From Eledone cirrhosa (taxonomy: Eukaryota), in assembly GCA_964016885.1 (NCBI GenBank), contig OZ024745.1:114328001-114392000 (forward strand): 64,000 nucleotides of DNA, read 5' to 3'. Each line of letters starts with the position of its first letter. Within the stretch, counting starts at the first letter, position 1. Below, in pieces: positions 28,118 to 44,778 of this stretch. The notes under the pieces were generated by a model, which ran no database searches, had not been told where the DNA came from, and worked only from the letters and a program-made list of their open reading frames with translations. The position numbers and the translations under genes were made by a program.

Positions 28118-29650
28118 AGGGGCTGGATTGCTGCAATGCACAACAGCAACATCTGCTCAAGGGTCCGTCCCATATCACGGAGCCGTTCCATATCACGCGA
28201 TCCATTCGACAGGGATGCTCTCTCTCCCCCCTTCTGTACGTACTGACTCTCGAGCCACTACTGCGGAAGTTGGAGCTATTGCAGGGCATCCCTATGGAAC
28301 AGTAATGGTGTCGAGCACCTCGCAAATCGAGGAAGTCGGCACCTTACTGAAGGAATACAAAAGGTTCACAGGAGCGAAGCTGAACCGGGACAAGTCCATC
28401 GGTTTGCAACTCGGATCGTGGAGAGGCAAACCGATGCCTTCCGATGGCGTCGTCGGACGCCGGACCGAAGGACCAGTAAAGCTGCTAGAGGTTTGGTTTG
28501 GTCCGGACCTCCAGGTGGAGAAGAACTGGAACGAGATGACGGCCAAGGTGTTTGCACTCACCCAGAAGTGGGCCGAGTGCAAACTATCCTTGAAAGGTCG
28601 AGCGCAGGCGGCGAACACTTTTATAGCGTCCGCCATCTGCTACCGCTTGACCGTCGTGCCTTGTCCACCCAAAACGCTCACCAAAATGGAGCGCGCGCTC
28701 TTCCAATTCCTTTGGAAGAGGCGGGCTCCTTTGGTGAGAAGATCCATCTGCTGCCAACACCCTTCTTACGGAGGGCTGGGGATGCCGTGGCTGACGATGC
28801 GCAAACACGCGCTCAGGCTGCGACAACTCTACGTATTCCTCACCGGACAACCGGTGTCGGCCTCGTTCGTGAGGCGAGCCTTCTCACGACTCGTCTCGCT
28901 AACCGAGCTGCTGTCCTGGGTCAAGCAAAGACCGAGGAAAATGGGCTACTGGCACATTGAATGTGCTCAGGCGCTCACAGCCCTCTGGCAGGCGGCCCCG
29001 GCGATCAGTGGAGACTCCACTTCGTCATTCTATAGAGGGTTGATCCGCAGCAAGTGCGACGACGCGCTCGGTGAAACTCTAGGCGTAGAGGAAGACGAAC
29101 TGGCCAGTCTGTTCGGTAGGACCTTTCGCCCGGGACCGATGGACAACTTCCAAAAGTCCCTGGCCTGGAAGTGCTACCGAGGAGCTCTACCAGTTCGAGA
29201 CAAGCTCTACAGACATGGGCGCCCGGGCAGGGACCCTTCGAAAAAGATCTGTCCGAGATGCGTGCGAGACGAAGAAACCGTCGCGCACGCATTCATACAC
29301 TGCCCGGGCGTTACCGACCAGTGGGGCTATGTAGAACGACTCTTGTTGCGGGTGGGACCAATCCGGTTGACCACCGAGTCCATTGTCATGATCAAACCGC
29401 CACCCTCCTTCAAAAACGAAGGAGAGGCGGTTTTGCTTTGTGTGATAGCTATGGCGAAAGAGGTTATATGGTGGACAAGGTTGAAAGGGCTGAGGTCAGA
29501 CACCTTTCTATCCGGCCAACAACTGATTCTTTTTTTCAAATACCACTTTGGAAGAAGAATCAGGATGGAGAGAGAGGTGCTGTACCCCAGCAAATTTTAT
29601 GAAAGGTGGGTGAAGGTGGCGAGAATGGCCCGAGTGAATGGGCCTTCTCT
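28110..29650 (+). mobile_element. L1/Tx1-type LINE 3' arm (plus): RT C-terminal half and zinc finger
   Basis: SIRQGCSLSPLLYVLTLEPL in a shifted frame at about 28200-28260; YADD region deleted; ORF 28128-29744 with GAKLNRDKS, GGLGMP and CPRCVRDEETVAHAFIHC. Confidence 0.9.
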
Positions 29651-29809
29651 CGATTTATACACGCTGTCGAAATACTCGATAAATACTCCATCGCAACCAC
29701 CGCGAAGGGCTGCTTTCGGTTATTTGTCGGAGATTTCTTCATAGAAGCCTTTATTCTTATAGCTTGGTCTAATCGATTTTTTATATGGTGATTCTATAGA
29801 CATGTTTTA

Positions 29810-30785
<976 letters not shown>

Positions 30786-31894
30786 CATTAAAGATTTGAA
30801 CATTTCCAGTTTGTTTATCAATATTAGAGTCCAGTTGTCTGCTTTAGTTGTTACCCTGCTTCCTGCAAGTGTTAAGTTTTTCTGTTGCTATTTAATGACT
30901 TGCAAACCAACCAAAGTATTTCGGTTTACTTGTGTTTTCTCTGGAAAACATAGCCTAGATAGAAGTTCGACAAAATATGTCTACAACTTCATTCCATCTG
31001 GTTTATGAGCTTTACTGTATATGAAACGTTGCATACATATCCTGTTTTGTTTTCGTTATTAATCTGTTGTTTCTTTTTAAAGAAATCATTATTAATCTTT
31101 GGTTTGCAAACAATAAAATCCAGTGTTAAAAATAACCTCATTTTCGCAGTGGTTTCAAATGAATCAACGTTTTGTATTAATAATAAAACTATGAGATTTG
31201 TTAACATGATAAAAAACAACAACAACACCACAACTTTGCTCAGGCGCAATGCTTTCATTTTCCTAAACAATTGAAGAAATAGAAGACTAATAGCGTCTTA
31301 TACGTGACTACAATATAGTTCACATGACTCGTTGATTCTAAAAAAGGAGTGAATAACAATTCAGTCTGTTATGTTACAATGCAGTTCCTGTTATTTGTTC
31401 TCACTCCGTTGCATTAGTATAACTACATTTGTGGTAGACGTTTGGCCGTGGATTACTCACCAATACATAATACTTTTCACGAACAACCCTATGGTTTCTA
31501 AGCAAACAATGTTAACTCCTTTTTTTCATAAAGGAGCCAAAAATGTTTGCGGACCCATGGCCTAGATTAACTACATCCCAGCTAATAATAAACAAACCCG
31601 TTAACCCGCTAACTCAAGGCCTCTAATTTCAGTAGACATTCGATATTACGAAGTTCAATTTAAACATGTTACTAATACATTATTTAATTAGTAGTTTAAT
31701 TTACTTTCCAGACGAAAAACTTTTAATGTAAACATTAGTATTATAATATCAAAACAACTGCAAGTGTGAGGGTCTGTTTATGATTACATACTCACATTTA
31801 TGTATCATGGGGAAAGAAAATCAGTCAAAAACAACAACAAAAGAATATTTTGTATAAGACAGAATATTTATTAAACAATGTTTTCAAACTAGTA

Positions 31895-32202
31895 AGCATG
31901 TTCCCGTAACTCCCGAGGAGGTCCAGGGGCACCGTATTGACATACGGCATTTCTAGGGCATATGTAAACCTGGCAGAGCCCAATCCTCTGAATACAGTAG
32001 ATTTCTTCCAAAGAAGGAAAAAGAAAGTGAGAGAATGAAAGAGAAATAGAGGAAGAATTGACCCCTGTACTAGACTGGTAAATTTTTTATCGACCTCGAA
32101 TGGATGAAAGTTGACCTCGGCAGAATTTGAACTCAGAGAGCAGAAATGAATACCACAAAGCATTTTGTCCGACGTTCTAACGATTCTGCAAATTCGCCGC
32201 CT
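31895..32202 (-). mobile_element. Composite SINE (family S plus 3' extension)
   Basis: Same architecture as 13597-13930. Confidence 0.75.
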
Positions 32203-33099
32203 TTCAGAGTAGTATAAGTTCGTTTAAATATAAACAATTATTTAAAAGAATAAACAAACAAACAAGAAAAACAAACAAACAAAACAAAGAAACAAAAAAC
32301 AAACAAAAAGAAATAAAAATGAACAATTTCAGCGTGAGAGTCTCAAACTGTACAGCAGCCAGTTTTCTTAATGTCAGTGATAGTATCAGCTCTGTGCCCT
32401 TTTAATTTCAATTTCAACAAACCGCAAAATGCATGATTATGAGAGTTACAATTGAACTTTGAATCCACTCATATTGCTGGAGACGTTGAGGTCAGAAGCG
32501 ACCTTATCCCTATGAATTAATTGTAGGTCTTACGCATTATATTCTACTGTTGTATTCAGTATTTCCTTTCGTGCACCAGATTCTCTAGTATGTATCCGTC
32601 TCTCAAATGAACAATTGGTGTAGTATTAATATGACTGGACAAGGCTTAACTCCAATGACTTGATGAGATAAGATGTTATCAATGTCAAAATTTATAACTA
32701 AAAGATACGACGAGGCTCTTTAAATAAGGTAGTGTATAATAGTTATGTAAGTAGGTAAATATGCTCACAGAGGGTCCATCAGCCAAATTAAACAAAAAAT
32801 ATTGTATTCCCAATCTGGTATCTCATCTCCAGACTCTGTAAATTGATTTGACTTGTCCCAAATGGCACATAAAAGCATAGACAAAAATCATTGGTTAAAC
32901 ATAGTAGAAAATCTTTAATTCACAGAAAAGACTACTCAATGAAAACAACTACAAACATCGCATACGAAACATTAAACAACGAAACATTTTACTGGTATAT
33001 ATTTCAGTGAATCAGTTTAACCTCTCTACTCAGCAATAATCATTCTGCTGAAACTAATAATACATATATCCTTTTATTTAATATAAATTCCTCTCATAA

Positions 33100-33473
33100 C
33101 AGACCTGCCAACCTCTAAAAACTCAAACGAGGAGTACCATGAAAATAAGTGCTCCAAAACGGGGAGAAAGGAGGCAACATGGGGAGATTTTACATAATTG
33201 TTTCTACTTTTGGCACAAGGCCAGCAATTACTCAGTGTATTACTGGTACTTTATTTTATCGACCCCGTAAGGATGAAAGGCAAAGTTAACCTCGGCGGGA
33301 TTTGAACTCAGAATGGCAAGGGCCGTAACTCTATGCGTCAAAGCATGGCGTCCGACCCTCTACCGATACTGCCAAATGAAAGCTATACTCAGTTTCACAA
33401 GAGAAGATATCTCTCACCCACCCCAAAGTGAAAGGGAGATCTTCCCGTCAGACGGGGAGAGTTGCCAGGTCTG
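33100..33473. mobile_element. hAT-like MITE with a nested SINE
   Basis: TIR CAGACCTGCCAAC / GTTGCCAGGTCTG; TSD degraded. Confidence 0.6.
33196..33375 (-). mobile_element. SINE family S
   Basis: Full head-core-tail match. Confidence 0.92.
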
Positions 33474-33992
33474 TCATGATATATAGGTCTAATAGTTTTC
33501 ACGCCTGTTTACTTTGGCGATTGCTTCATAAATGCTGAATAATGTGACATTATAACAGTTTCTATGGTCTGAATTAGTCTCTATTATCACAAACCCCCCA
33601 CCTCACCCACCAACAAATTCTAATTAAAAAGCAATCAAGTCTTCTAAATGGAAGCATTAAAATACGTTAATTTTTTATGACTTTAACAATTGTTTGATTA
33701 CTTCCTAGTTGAAGTAACAAATCATACAACTTATCGGAAATCCTTCATTTTTTACGTCACCTGGTCAGACAACAAATGTACACCATTCTCTAACAATCCG
33801 ATACAACCAAGTCTTAAACTAGGAGGAACACATTGGAGGATATATTCCAAGATTATAGTAAAAAGCCTTTAATTCCTGATGGAGTCGTTGGGACACCGTC
33901 CTGATACACGACGTGTCTTGGACATTTAAAACCTGGCGGAGCCCATCCCTCTACACGTCGCCATACAGTCGATTTTTTCCCGAGAAAGAGAA

Positions 33993-34041
<49 letters not shown>

Positions 34042-35071
34042 AAGTACGGTGCATTTTTCTATTCAAAATTTCCCCTTTCTTTCAAAAGAGATACGAATTT
34101 GCATGGCTACTTGATAAGAAATCCCCTTACTCCATATAACTAACATCTCTGTACCTTTAAATGATCCTGTTATATATTTCACACTTGTCATTTTATTTCT
34201 CACAATACACTAATGACCGACCCCAAGCTCAGTACCAAATCATTGACCACATTGACTGTACTTTCATCATCCTTATATACTCTCATCATCATTGGGGAGT
34301 CACCAATTAATTCGGTTTTTCTGTTCAGAACATTTGTTGCTTTAGTTAATACAGGGTGGGGCATAAAGACCTCCCACATTCTGTTTTTAATATTCTTTCA
34401 AAATGTGGAAGATCTTTATGCACCGCCCTGTATTTGTAATTTATAAGTTTGTCTACTTTAGAATTTTAGAATTTGGATGCTTCGTGCTGGAATGGCTCTT
34501 CCAGCGCGTCTCCCTCACCATCCTTCAGGGAAACGACTTCTCTATTCTGTCCGCTGGGGCCACGGGGCGGCCAGCGCGTGGGCCCCCATTTGCTCATAAT
34601 AGTGATAGATGGGGAGAGACGGAGGTAGTGATAGTGGAAGTTTGGTTCTTTTGTGTTCGGACTTGGTGTATATGTATGTTTCAAGGACAGACACTCACAG
34701 ATCTTAGATCAAGTTTCTTTTAAAGCAAATGAAACAAAAGCAGAAATATATCCGTGAAGATTCTAGTGAAAAACATCTCCAGAGAAGCATTTTAGTATTT
34801 TATAGATTCTCTATGTATATACGGTAGGAATAGAGGACATAGAGGACAATCCCATGAACCAACTAAACATTCGGCAACTATTCATCTTCCTGCTGGTGAC
34901 GACAGTGTGCTCTGCCATCTAATCATACTTATTTACAATCAGTGAACTGAGACGGCAGGTTCTAAATAGTTTGACCATTGTTACAGAGAAGTGACGAAAT
35001 AAAAACTGATAATATGTTAATAGTGAACACATACTATCGTATTATTCTTTTTATGCTCTCCCTTTTTCCTT

Positions 35072-35202
<131 letters not shown>

Positions 35203-35985
35203 ATGTATGTATGAATATATGTTTGTATGTATGTATACACAAATTTTGTTTACATCAAAACCGTTTACAGTTATTATTTATTGCTGTTATTTTACATCTA
35301 TTATTGTTTTACATCCGCGTGTGATTCTTTTGTAGAACAAGTGTAGTATAAACATTTATCAGTCCCCATGGAAATGTGTTAAGTAATCTCTATTATTAGC
35401 CATGAATTACACTGGCTTTGAGCCAAAGCTGAAGACGATCGTTTCTGATCCCATTACCACAATCAGAGAACAACCACTGGAATTCGACTTAGTAGCCGAA
35501 TATTGTTATTTTTGTTGAGTTTGTTAATGTAATTCTATTTTTTGATTTATAGACTCGTAAATAGCATGATGAGGCTTATGACTCAAGAAATGATATTCGC
35601 CACCAGTACTTTCCAAATATTTTACTTCGTGGCGCATTTTTGTCTTCCTTCCTGCTTCTACTTCTTCACTGTTCTCTCTAGTTTCAGTTTCCGTCTATAT
35701 AATGTTTTTATTTTATTTGTTGAAGAATCTTGTAGTCTCACTTACTCCATGCCACAGAAACTGGGATAAACACCGGCCTCATGAGCCTCCGGGCTCGAGA
35801 CTTTAAAACAGACTCACGCATACATTTATATACGTACAAACTTGAATATATACATACGTGTGTGTGTGTGTGAGGGGTATAAAATTATAATAAAAGCAAT
35901 GTTAATTTGCATACGATTCGTTGCGAATTTTAATAAGAGAGACTAGACTATTTAGAAGTTAAATATCTTTGCCACTAATAGAAAT

Positions 35986-36296
35986 ATGTCAGGTCAGACT
36001 TCTGGCTATTACTGGTACCATGTAACCCAGTACAACCTGCTTCACGGTCGAGAGATCGGTGACTAAATCGGCTCCCTCACAAGAAACTGGTCTAGTGAAG
36101 AGCTGTTAAAAGGGCGAACGAAGTCCTTAGTGTTAATGACCATTCACCCCAACAAATGGTTAAATAGCCTGCACAATCCGCTATTGACTAAGCGTGGTAA
36201 GTACAGCTAGACCCCTGTTATGACTAACACCAAAAGGGAAGCGGTGGAGTTCAACCAGGGAGGAGTTCCTCCAACAGGAGTGAAAAGGATCTGGAT
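35986..36296 (+). mobile_element. 5' UTR plus ORF start of an RTE-group LINE (family C, copy 2)
   Basis: Homologous to 488-838 (minus). Confidence 0.6.
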
Positions 36297-36759
36297 TGGA
36301 TTGAGAGAAATAAGTTTCCGCTGGATGTTTGGTATATTTTAGTAAATTCTTAACGCGGGTATGTGTCTTCAGTCTAGTACTGCACCTCGGCTAGCGTGAA
36401 GTTACTACTTCAAGGGTGGTGTTAATTCTTGTTAAACTTCGCTCAGATAAGTTGTCAATTTGAAATGTTCTTATCTAACCTCATACTAACAAATCGATTC
36501 AAATGACTCGCCGCGAATCAATGGTTACATTGCTTTGATTAATCTTAATATATTAGACCTCTTTTGATTGGAAAGGACTATACAGATAAAACATATAAAT
36601 ATTTTATCTGTATATAGTCTCAGAGTCCAATGATCTATTTTTGTACTGTACTGGTACTTATTGTAAACATCACCAACAAGAGCAACATCGATTTGCATTG
36701 ATTATATATTGATACACTGCGCATTTGCCATCAAATAATTCTAAAAAATAAATCAATGA

Positions 36760-38088
<1,329 letters not shown>

Positions 38089-38132
38089 AAGTTAAATAAA
38101 AGTCAAATGATTAAAATTTAGCTTCGTTTATT

Positions 38133-38187
38133 ACTGCTATATATATTTCAGTGACAGCCATCTTTGGCTGTGACCTCTTCAGGCAGT
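38133..38187 (-). ncRNA. Minimal type I hammerhead ribozyme motif (H3)
   Basis: Exact mirror of 38486-38540. Confidence 0.8.
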
Positions 38188-38485
38188 TTGAATTAGTATG
38201 GTATAGACAAGTACATATGTTGTTTAGGTGTATGATATTGTCAATACTCTGATATGCCCAGTTCCTTGTTGGGTTGTTAATTCACTGGGGAACTGGAGTC
38301 ATATGAATTCAACTGACCAATGAGAGGAGAAGGGGACCTGTGACACGAGAATTCGTTTGTTTGAATTCATATGACTCCAGTTCCCCAGTGAATTAACAAC
38401 CCAACAAGGAACTGGGCATATCAGAGTATTGACAATATCATACACCTAAACAACATATGTACTTGTCTATACCATACTAATTCAA

Positions 38486-38540
38486 ACTGCCTGAAGAGGT
38501 CACAGCCAAAGATGGCTGTCACTGAAATATATATAGCAGT
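38486..38540 (+). ncRNA. Minimal type I hammerhead ribozyme motif (H3)
   Basis: ACTGC-CTGAAGA-GGTCACAGCCA aaga TGGCTGTCACT-GAAA-TATATA-TA-GCAGT; predicted cleavage after 38535. Confidence 0.82.
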
Positions 38541-38707
38541 AATAAACGAAGCTAAATTTTAATTATTTGACTTTTATTTAACTTTATTTTACACTACTCC
38601 GGAGTAACCAAACCAACCTGCGCACTTCGTCGAGTGCTCCAGCCTGCATACTGAGGTGTTGGTATACAACCAACATAAACTCAAAATCTACATATATATA
38701 TATATAC

Positions 38708-39920
<1,213 letters not shown>

Positions 39921-39927
39921 TACATAC

Positions 39928-39986
<59 letters not shown>

Positions 39987-40051
39987 GATACATACATATA
40001 TATATATATATACATACATATATATATATATATACATACATATATATATAT

Positions 40052-40088
<37 letters not shown>

Positions 40089-40643
40089 CTTCGTTTTTGC
40101 ATTTGTTTTACCAGATGTTTTATTTGTAAACATGTTTGTTGAAACAGATATTATTACAGTTTGGGAGGTACATGCTACCAATAAAAACACGCGTACCTCT
40201 GCATTTCACTTCAATTTATTATTGTAATTTCCAAGTCGGTTAGTTTAATAACTGGACGGTTGTTTTGTTGTTGATTGTCATCAAAGCTCTTTCGTCACAT
40301 ATTCTGTGACCTCATCGGTGACTACTTTTCTTTGTTTTTTTTCTGTGTACCTTCTGTTCTACACCATCCTGGTTTTTGAACCACCTCCCTACTCACTGCT
40401 ATTGGAGTGGAGTTGGCTACCCGCAAGTGCGAACCTCGAGAAAGGGAGTGACTGCTCCAGAGTGTTTCTTTCACCGTCCCCCAGGGCAATGTCTTCTCCA
40501 TCCTACAGGCCGGAACCACGAAGCGGACGGACCCTTAAGTTTCATTTATGATGGTGGCACGTGGAGTAGATTTCCTTCCATAAAGCATGAGTAGGTTGAG
40601 AAACGAAACATATACACACATCCCTTTCATTATTATATTGGAT

Positions 40644-41027
40644 TGGCGGTGGATTGGCAGTATCGGTAGAGGGTCTGACACCATGCTTTGACGTATAGAG
40701 TTATGGCCCTTGCCATTCTGAGTTCAAATCCCGCCGAGATTAATTTTGCCTTTCATCCTTACGAGGTCGATAAAATAAAGTACCAGTAATACACTGGCAT
40801 AATTGCTGGTCTTGTGCCAAACGTAGAAACAATTATTATATTGGATTGGCAGTATCGGTAGAGGGTCTGACGCCATGCTATATAGCAAAGAGTTGCGGCA
40901 CTTTATGGTCTCAGTTCAAATCCCGCCGAGGTTAACTTTGCCTTTCATCCTTACGGGGTCGATAAATAAAGTACCAGTAACATACTGGCATAATTGCTGG
41001 CCTTGTGCCAAAAGTAGAAACAATTAT
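40644..41027 (+). mobile_element. Tandem dimer of SINE family S
   Basis: Copies at about 40644-40835 and 40842-41027; ATTATTATATT(T)GG before, between and after. Confidence 0.92.
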
Positions 41028-41466
41028 TATATTTGGTTAAATGGATAGTCAAACATTTGTTTTTTAGTTCTCCATTTCTCACTACATGACTTAAATTTCT
41101 TTTAATCAACTGACATAAGCCCAATTACCCTTCCCCTTCACCCCTTCCCTCTCTTCTGCGACACCCGAGCTCTTGCAGCCCCTTCCCTTTCCAATCTTTT
41201 TCTTTCTTTTTCTCCTCTTTTTTTTTCTATATTTCCCTATTCTTTCTTTCCTTTTGTTTCCCCTTCTTTTTTTATTATTTCTATATTGAAAATGAACAGT
41301 TACAGTTTACTGCATACACTAAAGAACCATCGGACAGGTTTGACTTATACAAATTCCTTATACAAATTCCTAGTTGAGTGTAATTTAAACTGATTAAATA
41401 TTTTTAGAACTCATCACATTAACTATGTTAGCAGCCCATTGAACTAATATATGTCAAGTTAAGCTT

Positions 41467-41513
41467 TGTTGTTGTTGCTGCTGCTGTCGTTGTTGTTGCT
41501 GCTGCTGCTGTTG

Positions 41514-41559
<46 letters not shown>

Positions 41560-41640
41560 AGTTGTTGTTGTTGCGGCTGCTGTTGTTGTTGTTGATGCTG
41601 TTGTTGCTGCTGCTGTTGTTGTTGTTGTTGTTGTTGATGT
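41467..41640. repeat. (GTT/GCT)n trinucleotide repeat
   Basis: Directly visible. Confidence 0.95.
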
Positions 41641-42502
41641 TAAGTCAGCTATAGACTGTACTTCTGTTCTCTTGTCTCGAACTTGCCCCCCCCCCCCACC
41701 TAACATCAACCAACCATATTTTCTTTCCCTTCATCTTCCACTTGACATATTCAGCGTACCATCCTCCACAATTTCTGTGTTCTCCAATAAGACCTTACTA
41801 ACTCTCACAAGTTTTCGGACCCCCTCTCTCTTCATTGAGAAATAATCGTAACGTGGCCGACATCCTGCCTGATTGTTCCTTCACACCTTGCTGTACCAAA
41901 TTTCAACCGTCGCCACTCGTAGTGTAACACGGCTGTTTTCAACCAGAATATCACCACTTTGTACTCTTCCGAGTCCACATTCCAAGTTGTTGATCACTTG
42001 TAATATATTGTATTAAATGCTTACTTTTTAGTTGAAACTAGTCGAAGATTTGCTGATTAGTTCCGAGAGCATCTGTTTGATATGTAACGCAATTGCAGGG
42101 GCGGTGGAACTGGGGGGGGAGGGATTATTGATGGGTGCATGCCCCCCCCCCCCCCCACCCCCACCCCCACCCCATAATTATACTTTTCTTCTCAGAATAC
42201 CAAAATACACATTTTGGCTGCTCTTCCTAGCAATCACATAGAGGTTCATTCGTATGCTCTATGTAAACTTTGTTGCGTGCACTGACCATTCGTTGTTCAG
42301 TCTCAAGACAGGACCTCACATATCTATATAGAATACTTTACAAAATATTCGTCCCGGCCCTACAGAGATTGTATCGTAGCTTTGATATGTTTTCATCAGA
42401 ATTAATTAGAGGCTTAATTTTCTCTTATATTTCCATGCACGTAATTTATGCCTGATATTGTGGAATTCATGTTGGTATTGGAAAACGATTTAGAGCCGTT
42501 CT

Positions 42503-42584
<82 letters not shown>

Positions 42585-42589
42585 AATAT

Positions 42590-43045
42590 CAAAACCAAGG
42601 AACTTTGTTTAGGTTATCCCGACTATATCTGGCCACTAGTTCCTGTTTCTTACCCGTAAAGATTGTGATGTTCCAGGTTCCAATTGTCAAGGTTTGCTCC
42701 TTTCCGAAGCCTTTTTGGGGTTACGCAATCCTTATGCATCCATACAACACCTCCAAGGACAATTCGCAGACCCATCACCAGTTTTTACGACAGGAAATGG
42801 AGACTGCAGTATATTTTTCGAACTGGCTCCTCTACCACGCGAAGGACGATGCGGTATAGTTTTGTTTTGTCTCTCTCACCATATTGTAGTTCTGGTGGTT
42901 TTATTCACGCCAGTCATCAATCTGGTACTTTCTCAAACTCACGAAAACAATGATTTTTTAGAGGCAGCCTTTACTCGCATCGTCATAGCTATGTCACTGG
43001 GTTGTGAGAGTTTTCTTGGGAGCTACATGTGTCACCCATTGCTCC
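42590..43045 (-). mobile_element. 5' fragment of another RTE-type LINE (UTR plus APE start)
   Basis: The minus strand encodes LTIGTWNITIFTGKKQELV at about 42630-42700. Confidence 0.6.
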
Positions 43046-43305
43046 ATTTAAGAGGGCTAGGAATTTTCTACCTACATTAGTCTTCACATTGAGAAAGAAT
43101 GGTGGCGTGAACCACACTGCGGCTTTATGTCTAGATTTTTTTCTTGCTAGATATAAGGCGGTGATCTTGAGAGTAAGAGATTCTCTCGGAGAAGCCGCTA
43201 TTGCTTAGGCCTGAGTTGTTGTAGAGAGCTGCCCTGTTAAAGGCGGCTTTGCTAGAAGAAAGGTTAGATACCCTCCTGCTGAAGAAAGATTGGATACCCT
43301 CTTGC
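43046..43305 (-). pseudogene. Penelope-like element ORF remnant (RT to GIY-YIG linker)
   Basis: SKRVSNLSS...AFNRAALYNNSGLSNSGF...VWFTPPFFLNVKTNVGRKFLALL resembles the PLE WFNPPFSxNVKTNVGxxFL motif. Confidence 0.75.
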
Positions 43306-43307
43306 TG

Positions 43308-43492
43308 TGGATTGGCAGTATCGGTAGATGCTCGGACGCCATGCTTTCCAGCATAGTTACGTCCCTTTACGATCTGAGTTCAAATCCCGCCAAGGTTGAC
43401 TTTGCCTTTCATCCTTACGGGGTCGATAAAATAAAGTACCAGTAATGCACTGGGTAATTGCTGGCCTTGTGCCTAAAGTAGAAACAATTATT
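43308..43492 (+). mobile_element. SINE family S
   Basis: Near-identical to 1249-1406. Confidence 0.92.
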
Positions 43493-43599
43493 AATGAAAT
43501 CTTTATAAAATATAGGGGGTGACTAGATTCCTTATGAATGAACTTAAGTTTTTCACTGGTTTTGTGAAATGGTCTGTATATGCGTGTACGTAGGTCTAA

Positions 43600-43677
43600 A
43601 TTACTACCTTCAACAACCTAGGACTAAAAATTACCACCTCTACCAACCTCACCAGTGTTAACTTCCTAGACTTAACT
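43600..43677 (+). pseudogene. Penelope-like RT C-terminal fragment
   Basis: ITTFNNLGLKITTSTNLTSVNFLDLT (PLE GLKIT...VNFLD motif). Confidence 0.7.
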
Positions 43678-43990
43678 AAATAAAATCATCTTACTTTGGA
43701 TTACAATACATAAATAATTTACTTAACAAGATGGATATTTTCTTCCGGGTGTAAAGAAATAAATTAATTAGTTCAATATAAATACTAATTACATTTGATT
43801 TACGTAGTACGGTATATAATGAGGGAACAGATATGTTGATAATGTTCTCTGACAGTGCTGGACTTACATATAAGCTAAATAAACTATAGCTTAGGGCCAC
43901 ACACCCTCGCGGGGCTGGTGGCTCACGTTTTAAAATATACTTTTTATTATATCATTAGTTTTTATTGTTTAACACTAAATCATCAAAAAT

Positions 43991-44079
<89 letters not shown>

Positions 44080-44280
44080 TATGTATACGTACATACATAT
44101 ATGTATACAGACATACCGTAGTATGTATATAAATACATACATGCACACATATATATATGTACGTATGGGTTTACCGAACATGTATTATAATGCTCGGTTT
44201 GTTTGTAAACAAACAGCCCGAATTAAGCCGTACGGTGTTCGGCAACCATCGTTGCCCTTTTGTTCAACACTGACAAAGGA

Positions 44281-44323
44281 ACGATGAACTAGTTTCTAGC
44301 TTATTAACTGTCATCAGCACTGT
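44281..44323 (-). ncRNA. Minimal hammerhead motif (H2), slightly degenerate
   Basis: ACAGTG-CTGATGA-CAGTTAATAAGCTA-GAAA-CTAG-TT-CATCGT. Confidence 0.55.
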
Positions 44324-44713
44324 ATACCTTCCTGTCAAACTAGTTCATCGTTCCTTTCTCAGTGTTGAACAAAAGGGCAACAACGGTTGCCAAACACTGT
44401 ACGGCTTAATTTGCGCTGTTTGTTTACAAACAAACCGAACATTATAAACCCATACGTACATATATATATATATGTGTGCATGTATGTATGTATATACATA
44501 CTACTGTATGTCTGTATACATATATGTATGTACGTATACATACTTATATTTAAGTATCAGCCGTACTAAGAGTGAGAAATTTCATTTCATTTCATTTTTT
44601 CCATTTATCGTTTTCGGTACGCCCGGCCGACTAACTCACTCGATATGCAAATTAGGCTGCTCAGCCGTTAATATGCATAAGGAAAGTATATACTTTCAAA
44701 CGTTCAATCGATT

Positions 44714-44778
44714 GACAGGAAGGTATACGGTGCTGATGACAGCTAATAAGCTTGAAACTAGTTCATCGTTCCTTTGTC
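44714..44778 (+). ncRNA. Minimal hammerhead motif (H2)
   Basis: ACGGTG-CTGATGA-C AGCT aata AGCT T-GAAA-CTAG-TT-CATCGT; stem I extends via GACAGG/TTTGTC; pair 10.1-11.1 is a mismatch. Confidence 0.65.

Larger units (their letters stand above)
38082..38591. repeat. 231-bp inverted repeat (Penelope-like terminal repeat, family H3)
   Basis: Arms 38082-38312 and 38361-38591, one mismatch seen, 48-bp spacer; each arm carries a hammerhead followed by AATAAA. Confidence 0.93.

Noticed and set aside
30989-31270. 93-aa ORF with a hydrophobic N-terminus (signal-anchor-like)
   Set aside because: No recognisable domain, stops in downstream frames and no supported splice structure; hydrophobic runs arise easily in T-rich DNA.
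34495-34540. Minus-strand TTCC-CTGAAGG...GAGA-CGCG-CT-GGAA
   Set aside because: Several core deviations and no stem II.
35425-35470. Minus-strand GAAA-CGATCG-TC half motif
   Set aside because: No CTGANGA or stem I partner upstream.
41428-41709. Poly-Ala/Thr ORF
   Set aside because: Trinucleotide microsatellite with no coding context.
41715-42000. Possible second RLE-LINE relic on the minus strand
   Set aside because: Only two weak motif resemblances.
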